Shown: in pieces, positions 50,303 to 58,470 of the stretch
How positions within the stretch are numbered: the stretch's first letter is position 1
How the letters are laid out: each line of letters begins with the position of its first letter
Source of the DNA: a virus
Length of the DNA: 64,000 bases
Virus record (IMG/VR): IMGVR_UViG_3300045303_000221
Span: 1-64,000 of that record
Direction: 5' to 3' (one strand)
Position numbers and translations under genes: made by a program
The notes under the pieces: generated by a model
The model's database searches: none
Seen by the model: only the letters and a program-made list of their open reading frames with translations
Told to the model about the DNA's origin: nothing

Positions 50303-52195
50303 ATGGGCTGGCTTGAGGGCGTGTCGAAGCGGCTACAGGAGGCGGCTGGGGTGTCGCTGGTCGCGCCGGAGGAACGGGCGGTGGAGGAGCGCCTGTTGGA
50401 GGCGACGACGCGCGAGTTGAGCGCCACCCGGAAGGACCTCGACCTGCTCGGCTGGACGGCGCTGGACTACGTGGCCGGGATGCCGCAGGACATGCCGGTG
50501 CAGAACCGGCGCGAGCTTGTCGCGCACGCCCGGCGGGTGTGGCGGCGCGACCCGATGGCGGGCGCGGCCGTTGACCTGCTGAACGACTTCACGTTCTCGC
50601 GCGGCGTCCCGCTGCCGCGCGCTCGGGACGAGGAAGTGCAGATCGTGATCGATGAGGCGTGGAACGACGTGGACAACAAGGCGGTGCTGACGACGTACGC
50701 GGCGCAGCTAGCGCTCGGCACCGACCTGACGCTCCAGTCCAACGTGTTCCTGGCCGTGTTCGATGACGGCGACGACGGCAAGGTGAAGCTGACGATCGTG
50801 CCGCACGACTCGGTGATCGACGTGGTGCGCGACCCGGACAACCCGATGCGGATCCTCTACTACGTCGTGCAGGTGAACGACACGGAGTGGGACTTCGACG
50901 CGGACGCGCCGAAGGTGAAGGCGGCGGCGGGCGCGGCGGCGGGCACCGGCGGCACGTACAAGGCGGGGCAAGCGCCGGTCGGCCGGGTGCTGTATTTCGA
51001 GCACTGGCTGAACTGCCGGATGCTGCGAGAGGAAGGGATCGACTTCCCCGAGCCGCCAGCGGAGAAGCAGGCGGCGGGCAAGATGTACCACATCGCCACG
51101 AATCGCGGCTCGGAGATGGCGTTCGGCGTGCCGCGGATGGAGCGGACGCTGCGCTGGCTGACGGGCTACAACGAGATCGTCGCGGCGCGCGTGGACATGG
51201 CGAAGGCGGCGGCGGCCTTCATCATGAAGCGCAAGATCACCGGCACGAAGGGGCAGGTCGAGCGGCTGGCGTCGCAGGCCATCTCGCGCCGGTCGGAGCT
51301 TGGCGCGGCGAGCGCGGCGGGCACCGGCTCGCAGATTCCTCCGGCGACCGGTTCGATCCTGAACGAGAACGAGTCGGTGCAGCACGAGCCGTTGAAGCTG
51401 GACTCCGGGTCGAGCGGGGCGATGCAGGACGCGCAGATGATCCGCGCGCAGGTGTCGGCCGCGACGCGCTGGCCGCAGCACTACCTGGGCGACGTGAACG
51501 CTGCGAGCCTGGCCGGATCGACGGCGATCGAGCTTCCCGTGCTGAAGCTCGTGGAGGCCAACCAGGAACTGTTTGAGAACCTGTTCCGGGCGTTCCTCGA
51601 CCGCGTGATCGAGCGGGCGGTGGAGGTCGGGAGGCTCGACAAGAACGCGCCCGCGCCGGAGGGTGAGGCGCTGGAGGCGGCGGACAACGACGACGAGGAA
51701 TCGACCGAGCGCGACCTGAGCTACGAGTTCAAGATGCCGTCCGCGATGCGGCGGATGATGACCGACCTGGTGACTTCGGTCGCGACGACGGCGCAGACGT
51801 TCGACCCGAACAACTCCAACCTGGAACTGAGCCGGACGCTGCTCACGATCGTGCTGGGCGAGGCGTTTGAGCTACAGGACCCGGCGGAGGCGGTCGATCG
51901 CATCTTCCCCGAGGGCTATGTCGATCCGGCGGTGCAGGCGGCGCAGGCGCAGGCGGAGATCCCCGGCACCGAGGGGTTCGATCAGGCCAGCGAGGAAGGC
52001 GCTCCGACCGGCGGCGACGGGCAGGACCAGGCGACCAACCCGTACGGCGCTCCGATGAAGTCGCCGCCGCCGGAGCAGCGGGCGCGGATGGCGGAGGCCG
52101 CCGACGGCATCGAGGAGGCGCTGTTGGACGACCCGGCGTTCCGCGAGGCGTGGATCGCGGCGGTCGGCATCGGACGCAATGGCGACGGACACTGA
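50303..52195 (+). CDS. Portal protein
   Basis: 630 aa; DPMAGAAVDLLNDFTFSRGV...FGVPRM...WL..Y...PQHYLGD pattern; immediately upstream of the MuF-like gene. Confidence 0.75.
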   Translation: MGWLEGVSKRLQEAAGVSLVAPEERAVEERLLEATTRELSATRKDLDLLGWTALDYVAGMPQDMPVQNRRELVAHARRVWRRDPMAGAAVDLLNDFTFSRGVPLPRARDEEVQIVIDEAWNDVDNKAVLTTYAAQLALGTDLTLQSNVFLAVFDDGDDGKVKLTIVPHDSVIDVVRDPDNPMRILYYVVQVNDTEWDFDADAPKVKAAAGAAAGTGGTYKAGQAPVGRVLYFEHWLNCRMLREEGIDFPEPPAEKQAAGKMYHIATNRGSEMAFGVPRMERTLRWLTGYNEIVAARVDMAKAAAAFIMKRKITGTKGQVERLASQAISRRSELGAASAAGTGSQIPPATGSILNENESVQHEPLKLDSGSSGAMQDAQMIRAQVSAATRWPQHYLGDVNAASLAGSTAIELPVLKLVEANQELFENLFRAFLDRVIERAVEVGRLDKNAPAPEGEALEAADNDDEESTERDLSYEFKMPSAMRRMMTDLVTSVATTAQTFDPNNSNLELSRTLLTIVLGEAFELQDPAEAVDRIFPEGYVDPAVQAAQAQAEIPGTEGFDQASEEGAPTGGDGQDQATNPYGAPMKSPPPEQRARMAEAADGIEEALLDDPAFREAWIAAVGIGRNGDGH

Positions 52196-55100
52196 CCCGC
52201 TACGGGCACGACTGCGGGCGCTGACCGAGCAGGTGGTCGCGGCCGAGCCGCCGCCGGTGGAGGAGCCTCCGGCCCGGCCTGACGCGGTGACGGCGGCGAC
52301 GGGCCTGGCGGCGGCGCTCGCGGCTGGTGGGGCGGTCGCTCCGGTGGTGGTCGGCGTGCAGGCGTACAAGCAGGGCGCGGACACCGTGATGGCGGGGACG
52401 GCGATGGTGCTGGCGGCCCTCGCGCACCAGGCGGGCCAGATGGACGTGGCCGAGATCGTGGCGGCGGCGATGGACGACCCGGTGTTCGCCGACGACGACA
52501 TCGAGCAGGCCATCCAGGCCGAGCGGGCGATGCAGGAGACGTTCGTGCGCAAGCAGCGCGCCCGGGTGAAGCGCGACCTGCCGAAGGCGCTGAAGCTGGA
52601 GGACGCGGCCGAGCGACGGGCGGCCGTCCAGAAGCTCGTGGAGCGCGAGAAGCGCTACTCGCAACAGCGGATCGAGGCGTTGCGTGAGCGGCTGGCCGGG
52701 ATGGCGGAGATGAAGCGGGTCGAGGCGCAGTCGCCGGGCGGCGCGCTGTGGCTGCTCTCGGACGGCGTGAAGGTGCACACGCCGGACTGCATCGCGATGA
52801 GCGGGAAGGTGTGGCCGTGGCCGGTGCTGAAGCTGTGGCACCCGCCGCTGCACCACGGCTGTCCGTGCATCCTCGTGGGCATCCCGGACGCGCTCAAGCA
52901 GGGCCTGATCAAGCCGGGGATGATCCCCACCGACCACGCCGACGCGGTGAAGCGGGCGCGGGCGATCATGCGCAAGGCGCAGCGGTTGGAGGAGGTCGCG
53001 GCCGAGGGCGAGGTGGAGGCGTACCTGGAGGCCGTGGAGGCCCGCTGGGAGCGCCGCTTCCCGAAGGGCACCGACCGGGCCGGGCAGTTCATGCCGCGCC
53101 GGGGAGGGTCGGCGCGCGCGTTGCTGCGCGACCTGGTGCCGCGCCAGCCTCGCCGTCGGGTGACGCGGATCGGTGGGCACCGGGTGGTGATCCCCGAGGA
53201 GCGCAGCTTCAAGCGGACGATCGGCGACCACACGTACACGTCGCCGCCGGGCACGACGAAGGTGCTGCGGGACGGCAAGCCGCTCGGGCGCGACCCGGGG
53301 GGCGAGAAGCACGACCTGACGCTGACCCGGCCGACGGGCGACCTGCGGCCGTCCACGCCGGAGCGCGAGGCGCTGGCGAAGGTGCTGAACGGCGCGCAGG
53401 CGGACACGCTCACCGGGATGCGGTACGCGGGCGTGGAGGAGGGCCTGCTGGCGCACGGGTTCATCCCCGTGGCGGTGAAGGGGGAGGACCCGCTCAACCG
53501 CTACTTCTACCGGCACCCGTCCGGCTCCACGATGACGCTGAACCTGGTGCGGTGGGCTTCCGGGCGGATGGAGGTCGGCGTCGCGTACTACTCCCCGGCG
53601 CAGGTGCCGGTGCGCGCCGACTACCCGCGCGCGAGCAGGCCGCCGGAGACGTGGGACGAGTTCCTGAAGGACGCGACGGCGCTGGCGGCGAACATCGCGG
53701 AGCGCACGAACGCGCACCTCGGGCTGGGGACGATCGCGACGAGCGAGCACCTTACTGACCACACCGGCGACCACTCATGGGATGGCGACATTCGGCTCGC
53801 GCCGAACGTGATGGCGGACGTGCAGGATGCGCTCAACAAGCAGGCGCGGGGCGAGACGATCACGCTCCCGTCCCCGGTGTACCGCGCGTACCACACGACC
53901 GCACACGAGCTTCTGCACGCGATCAATGCGGGCACGGCGGGCGACTACCACACGCAGGGCGGCCGGACGCTGGAGGAAGCGCTGGTCGAGGAGTTGTCGC
54001 ACGTAGTGGCGCAGGAACTGCTCTCCGATCACGGCCTGGGAGAGGTCGCGCAGTGGGCGGCGAACAACCCCTCCAAGGACGCCGCGCGCGGCACGTACAT
54101 CGGGTTCCGGGCGACGCTGGACGGGATGCTGAACGACGCGGGCGTGCCCGCCGCTGACCGGCCGGGCCTGCTCTGGGCGATGAAGACGGGGATGCAGACG
54201 GACGACCGACTGGAGTTCCTGGCGGCGCTGATGAAGACGGACGTGGAGGCGGTGCGCGGGCGGCTCACATCCAACGCGACCGGCAAGGACATGGCCGAGT
54301 ACCTGCCGATGGTCGCCGCATCGACACGGCCTGTCGTGACGCCGGGCGTGTTCCGGATGGGCGGCGAGCAGGTCGGCCGGGGCGCGCTGCTGCGGCTCAA
54401 GGACGGCACGATCACGCGGGTGGCGGACGTGGGCGACCAGAACGGCGTCGTGTTCGCGTGGACGGACGACGAGGAGGGTCACGTGCACCTCGTGACCGAG
54501 GGTGACGTGGACAGGGTGCTGACCCCGCCGACCAGTCGCGGCGACCAGGGCAGGTCGCTGGCGCTGCGCTGGGAGGGCGCTGCGGAGCACGAGGACGTGG
54601 CGATCGGCGACGTGATCGACTTCGGCGACGGTACGCACGGCCGGGTGGAGGACGTGTTCGGCCGCGGTTCCGCGACGGCGATCAGGGTCGCGACCGATCA
54701 GGGGTCGGTGTGGGTGACCGAGAAGCGGCGCACCGTGCACCCGATCAAGGTCACGACCGGACGCGGCCCCGAGATGGAGGAGCCGCCCGAGGCGAAGGCG
54801 ACCGGCACGCAGTCGATCATCGACGCCGGGTTCGGCAAGGCGGAGCAGGCCGGGGAGGAACTGATGCTGCTCCAGAGCGTGCCGCACCTCCTGCGGATGT
54901 CGCTGCACCGGGTGCTGGTGCGGCAGCGCGAGCTACAGCGGATCGTCGGCCGCGACCCGATGGCCGCGAACGCCGACGTGGTGGAGGCGGAGGCGGAGCT
55001 TCGCCGGATCGAGCGGCTGATCAAGGCGCGAGAGGCGGCGCGCGACGCCCGCGCCAAGGCGTTCAAGCGCGAGCACGGCTACTGGGCGATCACGCAAGCC

Positions 55101-55343
55101 GAGTACGACGCGGCGATGGACGAGCCGAACGTCACCACCGACGACCCGCACGTGGCGCTCCCCGGCGGCGTCGTCGCTCCGAAGTCCGTGATCTTCGACC
55201 ACGTGCATCGGCCGGACGGGAAGATCAGGATCGTGAAGGCGCTGCGCGACGCGCGGGACGCGCCGATGTACCGCAGCGACCTGCTCTCGCAGGAGCATCG
55301 CGAGGCGGCGCTGAGGTCAATCGGCGCGTACGATCCGGACTAG
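52179..55343 (+). CDS. MuF-like head morphogenesis protein extended with HPR-like tag, zincin (HExxH) and SH3-like modules
   Basis: HTPDC...PPLHHGCPC MuF-type motif; WERRFPKGTDRAGQF; HELLH...LEEALVE. Confidence 0.7.
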   Translation: MATDTDPLRARLRALTEQVVAAEPPPVEEPPARPDAVTAATGLAAALAAGGAVAPVVVGVQAYKQGADTVMAGTAMVLAALAHQAGQMDVAEIVAAAMDDPVFADDDIEQAIQAERAMQETFVRKQRARVKRDLPKALKLEDAAERRAAVQKLVEREKRYSQQRIEALRERLAGMAEMKRVEAQSPGGALWLLSDGVKVHTPDCIAMSGKVWPWPVLKLWHPPLHHGCPCILVGIPDALKQGLIKPGMIPTDHADAVKRARAIMRKAQRLEEVAAEGEVEAYLEAVEARWERRFPKGTDRAGQFMPRRGGSARALLRDLVPRQPRRRVTRIGGHRVVIPEERSFKRTIGDHTYTSPPGTTKVLRDGKPLGRDPGGEKHDLTLTRPTGDLRPSTPEREALAKVLNGAQADTLTGMRYAGVEEGLLAHGFIPVAVKGEDPLNRYFYRHPSGSTMTLNLVRWASGRMEVGVAYYSPAQVPVRADYPRASRPPETWDEFLKDATALAANIAERTNAHLGLGTIATSEHLTDHTGDHSWDGDIRLAPNVMADVQDALNKQARGETITLPSPVYRAYHTTAHELLHAINAGTAGDYHTQGGRTLEEALVEELSHVVAQELLSDHGLGEVAQWAANNPSKDAARGTYIGFRATLDGMLNDAGVPAADRPGLLWAMKTGMQTDDRLEFLAALMKTDVEAVRGRLTSNATGKDMAEYLPMVAASTRPVVTPGVFRMGGEQVGRGALLRLKDGTITRVADVGDQNGVVFAWTDDEEGHVHLVTEGDVDRVLTPPTSRGDQGRSLALRWEGAAEHEDVAIGDVIDFGDGTHGRVEDVFGRGSATAIRVATDQGSVWVTEKRRTVHPIKVTTGRGPEMEEPPEAKATGTQSIIDAGFGKAEQAGEELMLLQSVPHLLRMSLHRVLVRQRELQRIVGRDPMAANADVVEAEAELRRIERLIKAREAARDARAKAFKREHGYWAITQAEYDAAMDEPNVTTDDPHVALPGGVVAPKSVIFDHVHRPDGKIRIVKALRDARDAPMYRSDLLSQEHREAALRSIGAYDPD

Positions 55344-55876
55344 CTCAAGGTGTGCGATACGCTGTGGGGCGTGTCCGCTCTCCCTGAATCCCGGCCCGAG
55401 GTGCTGATGCCTGGGGCGTCGTCGTGCGCCGGTCTGACGCCGTACGAGCCGCTGGGCCTGCCGGGCGGCGAGGTGCTGCGCAGGCGGGTCGAGGCGCGGC
55501 TGCGGCGCGAGGGCTACAACGTGGAGGGCCTGGCTCGGGAGATCGTGCGGATGGCTGAGGAGTGCCTGTGAGAATGGAGACGACATGGCCTACCTGGTGA
55601 ACATCGCGCACGTCTGCGGGAAGGACGGGTGCTCGGCGCGTGCGACGGTGCAGCTTTACAACCTCTCCAACGCGCCTGCCGGGTGCTACTGCAAGCGGCA
55701 CGGCGACGCGGCGCTGCGCGAGATGAAGCAGCGCGAGGACGACTGGTGGAAGGCGCAGCGAGAGGCGTAGTGGCGGAGCACAAGCTCATCGTCATCGCCG
55801 CGTTCGTCCTCGTCGTGATCGCCGTCGTGTGGGTGATCCTGGCGGTCGCCGCGAGCAAGAGCGACGAGTCGTAGGG

Positions 55877-56230
55877 TCAGTGCTTCCGGCCCTTGTGGCC
55901 CTTGTGGCCCTTCCCCTTGGAGTGGCCGCGGGACGAATCTCGGCGGGGTTTCGTCCCGGCCTGACGGACGGAGCGCACGACGACTCGCCGGACGACGACG
56001 TGGACGTGGTTGACGACCCGCACCTTCTCGTGCGTGACGGTGACCGGCGGCGGTGCGGGCACGGTGACGGGCGGCGGGGCGGGCGTCGTGACGGTGGTCG
56101 TGCGGATGATCGGCGCGGGCGCGGCCGAGGTCGCAGCGGGCTGGCGGGCGACGTGCGTGGTGATCGCCGCGCTGGTGCTGACGCCGAGTCCGGCGGCGGC
56201 GAGCATGGCTGGGATGAGCGCGCGGTGCAC
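55877..56230 (-). CDS. Secreted Pro/Thr-rich protein (leaderless)
   Basis: TAGTGT-N7-GTG on the - strand; signal peptide; PAPPPVTV repeats. Confidence 0.6.
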   Translation of the reverse strand: MHRALIPAMLAAAGLGVSTSAAITTHVARQPAATSAAPAPIIRTTTVTTPAPPPVTVPAPPPVTVTHEKVRVVNHVHVVVRRVVVRSVRQAGTKPRRDSSRGHSKGKGHKGHKGRKH

Positions 56231-56337
56231 GCGGTTGACACTACCCGCCGACGCCGATCCCGAATCCGGTAGTCTCCGCGCCGGAGGCGACCGTCGGGCG
56301 TGTACCGCGAAGCCGCGACCCGGCGGGCCTCCACCTA

Positions 56338-56413
56338 GCGCGGCTGGGCAAATGGTAAAGCCACCCGGTTCAACCCTCGGGAGACAGTCTGGGTTCGACT
56401 CCCAGGCCGCGCA
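56338..56413 (+). tRNA. Atypical tRNA (8-nt or bulged anticodon loop TTCAACCC; CAA or undetermined)
   Basis: Acceptor GCGCGGC/GCCGCGC, D arm GGC-AAATGGTAAA-GCC, T arm CTGGG-TTCGACT-CCCAG; no encoded CCA. Confidence 0.7.
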
Positions 56414-56414
56414 C

Positions 56415-56618
56415 CTACGGCAGAAGCGGCGGCGGCTGCTGCGTGATGGTGACCGGCGGCACGACGGTCACGGTGGTCACGACCGGGATGGTGAAGATGA
56501 CCTGGCGCGGCTTCGGGGCGCTGATCGTGGTGGCGTAGATGAGGCCGACGCCGACGCCGAACACGAACAGCGCGAGGGCTGCGAACAACGGTGCTGCTAT
56601 GCCGCGCGTCTCATCCAC
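56415..56618 (-). CDS. Small membrane protein (leaderless)
   Basis: TACACT-N6-GTG on the - strand; one TM helix plus a Thr/Val/Pro tail. Confidence 0.55.
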   Translation of the reverse strand: MDETRGIAAPLFAALALFVFGVGVGLIYATTISAPKPRQVIFTIPVVTTVTVVPPVTITQQPPPLLP

Positions 56619-56825
56619 GGAGCGAGTGTAACGACACGGCGGCATCGCGCACGGCGTGCGTTAGTATGCGGTGTAATGCTGATGCTGTACCTGATCTTCA
56701 AGGCGACCGCCGCGTTCCTCATGGCGGTGTTCGTGCTCGGCCTCCTGAGCATCGCCGCGCTCGTGTGGCTGACCGTGGAGGTCGCCCGGATGATCGCCGA
56801 GTGGCGCGGCGACCAGCGTCGCGCG

Positions 56826-56848
56826 TAGCGCACAGCGTGTGTTACACT
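56826..56848 (+). promoter_or_regulatory. Repeated promoter box driving a structured RNA region
   Basis: TAGCGCACAGCGTGTGT-TACACT. Confidence 0.75.
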
Positions 56849-56958
56849 GGGGGAGTACGACGATACCAACGGTCAAGTCGCGAGTGACCAACAGGGGGCT
56901 GAAAGATCCTTCGGGAGCACGGACCACTCCCGCCCCCGATCAACCGCGAAGGTCAGGT

Positions 56959-57039
56959 GTCGCTGGTTCTGACAGGCAGACGCTCCCCCCGACCTCACCG
57001 TGTGGGGAGCGCCGCTGGGTTCGACTCCCGGCAGCGACG
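56959..57039 (+). ncRNA. tRNA-like RNA with an extended anticodon arm
   Basis: Acceptor GTCGCTG/CAGCGAC, D arm TCTG/CAGA, 8-bp CGCTCCCC/GGGGAGCG stem with 15-nt loop, T arm CTGGG-TTCGACT-CCCGG. Confidence 0.65.
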
Positions 57040-57077
57040 TAACGTAGGGCGGCACCAGCCGCAGAGAGGAGCACGAC

Positions 57078-57365
57078 ATGCACGAGGGAACGTTCGTGAC
57101 GCTCACCGACCTGACCCGCCTGTCGATGATCGTGAGCATGGCGGGCCGGTGCGCGAAGGTCGCACGGCAGGTGGACGGCGTTGGCATCGTCTACGGCCAA
57201 GCTCGCTCGGTCGGCGACGAGCGCGGCAACTTCACGCCGAGCGGCGGCAACGTGATCGGCGAGTACCTGCGCGTCACCACGCGCGAGGGGATGGAGGCGT
57301 TCTGGCCGGTCGAGGACCTGGCCGACGAGATCGCCAGCGGCCACTTCGCGGAGTACGACTGGTGA
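57078..57365 (+). CDS. Hypothetical protein
   Basis: Preceded by a GCGGC/GCCGC hairpin plus AGAGAGGAG. Confidence 0.65.
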   Translation: MHEGTFVTLTDLTRLSMIVSMAGRCAKVARQVDGVGIVYGQARSVGDERGNFTPSGGNVIGEYLRVTTREGMEAFWPVEDLADEIASGHFAEYDW

Positions 57366-57609
57366 CCGTCATCCCCGACCCGCTGATCACGATCGAGATC
57401 CGCGCCGAGTCGCCGCCCTACGAGCGGCAGATGGGCGTGGACATGACGGGGCAGATCCTCGTCGCGGGCAACGTCGTCTGGGAGACGGAAACCGAGTTCG
57501 CGAAGGGCATCCCGGACGAGCCGGAGCGGGTCGAGCGACTGCTCCGAACGAAGTGCGAGGTGCGACTCGGCGACGCCCTGGCGATCCTGCTGCGAATGCC
57601 GGAGCCGCT

Positions 57610-58293
57610 GTGAACGCGCCATCGCCGCTCGACCTGTTCCGGGAGCCACACGAACTGCCTGTCACCCGCGAGGAGTGGCTGATGGCCGCAGACCTCGGGC
57701 AGAAACGGCGGCGCGCGAACGATGCGACGCGCACGGCCACCCAGGACCGCGGCGACAAGAACCTGATCGGCGACGTGATGGGGTGCCTCGCAGAACTGCG
57801 GGTCGTGAACCTGTGCAAGAACCTCGGCTACCACTACGAGGCGACGCTGCTGCACGACGGCGGCGGTGCGGCGGTGCGCTGGAAGCCGGACGTGCGCATC
57901 CAGCACGACCGGTGGCTGAACTACGACGTGAAGTGCCACATGACCATGAACGCGGCGCAGCGAGCGATGGTCAACGTGCCGCCCAAGAAGGACATGGCGC
58001 TGAGCGTGCCGTCGATGGGGAAGGCGCTGAAGGGCGGCACGGCGAACCTGCTACCGGTGATGGCCGCGCCCGGCGGCGACGTGATACTGCTCGGCCGCGT
58101 CCTGCCGATCGCGGAGGTGCTGACGTGGCCGCAGCACGACTACGGCTACGGCAGCATCGTGTACCGGATGCCGATGGCGGTCGTCGCCCCACACCTGTTC
58201 GGCCGCACGTTCGCCGAGTGCGAGGAGATCGTGCTGGGCGGCGCGAGCATCGCGCGACTCCACACGCTGTTGACGTACAAGGCCGCAGCGTGA
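57610..58293 (+). CDS. PD-(D/E)xK nuclease-like protein
   Basis: GCLAE...KPDV...YDVK motif order. Confidence 0.55.
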   Translation: MNAPSPLDLFREPHELPVTREEWLMAADLGQKRRRANDATRTATQDRGDKNLIGDVMGCLAELRVVNLCKNLGYHYEATLLHDGGGAAVRWKPDVRIQHDRWLNYDVKCHMTMNAAQRAMVNVPPKKDMALSVPSMGKALKGGTANLLPVMAAPGGDVILLGRVLPIAEVLTWPQHDYGYGSIVYRMPMAVVAPHLFGRTFAECEEIVLGGASIARLHTLLTYKAAA

Positions 58294-58470
58294 TCCGCCG
58301 CGTGATCGCACTGGCGATGAAGGTCGAGTGCCCCGCGTGCGGGATGCCACCCGGCGAGCCGTGCAAGAGCCTCACCGCCTACTACCCGCAGCGCATCTTC
58401 CCACCACACCGCCAGCGCGGCGAAGCGGCGCTCAAGGCCGAGCAGAGCACGTCGGCGTAGACTGCGCGGC

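Noticed and set aside
56364-56381. UGA-suppressor tRNA (TCA in the loop) implying a recoded genome
   Set aside because: Placing TCA at positions 34-36 breaks the anticodon stem. TGA and TAG behave as normal stops throughout (frequent TGATG/GTGA gene overlaps, intact long ORFs).
56890-56940. Hammerhead ribozyme (CTGAAAGA-stem-loop); a similar hint occurs at 48639-48660
   Set aside because: The conserved CUGANGA spacing and the GAAA after stem II are missing.
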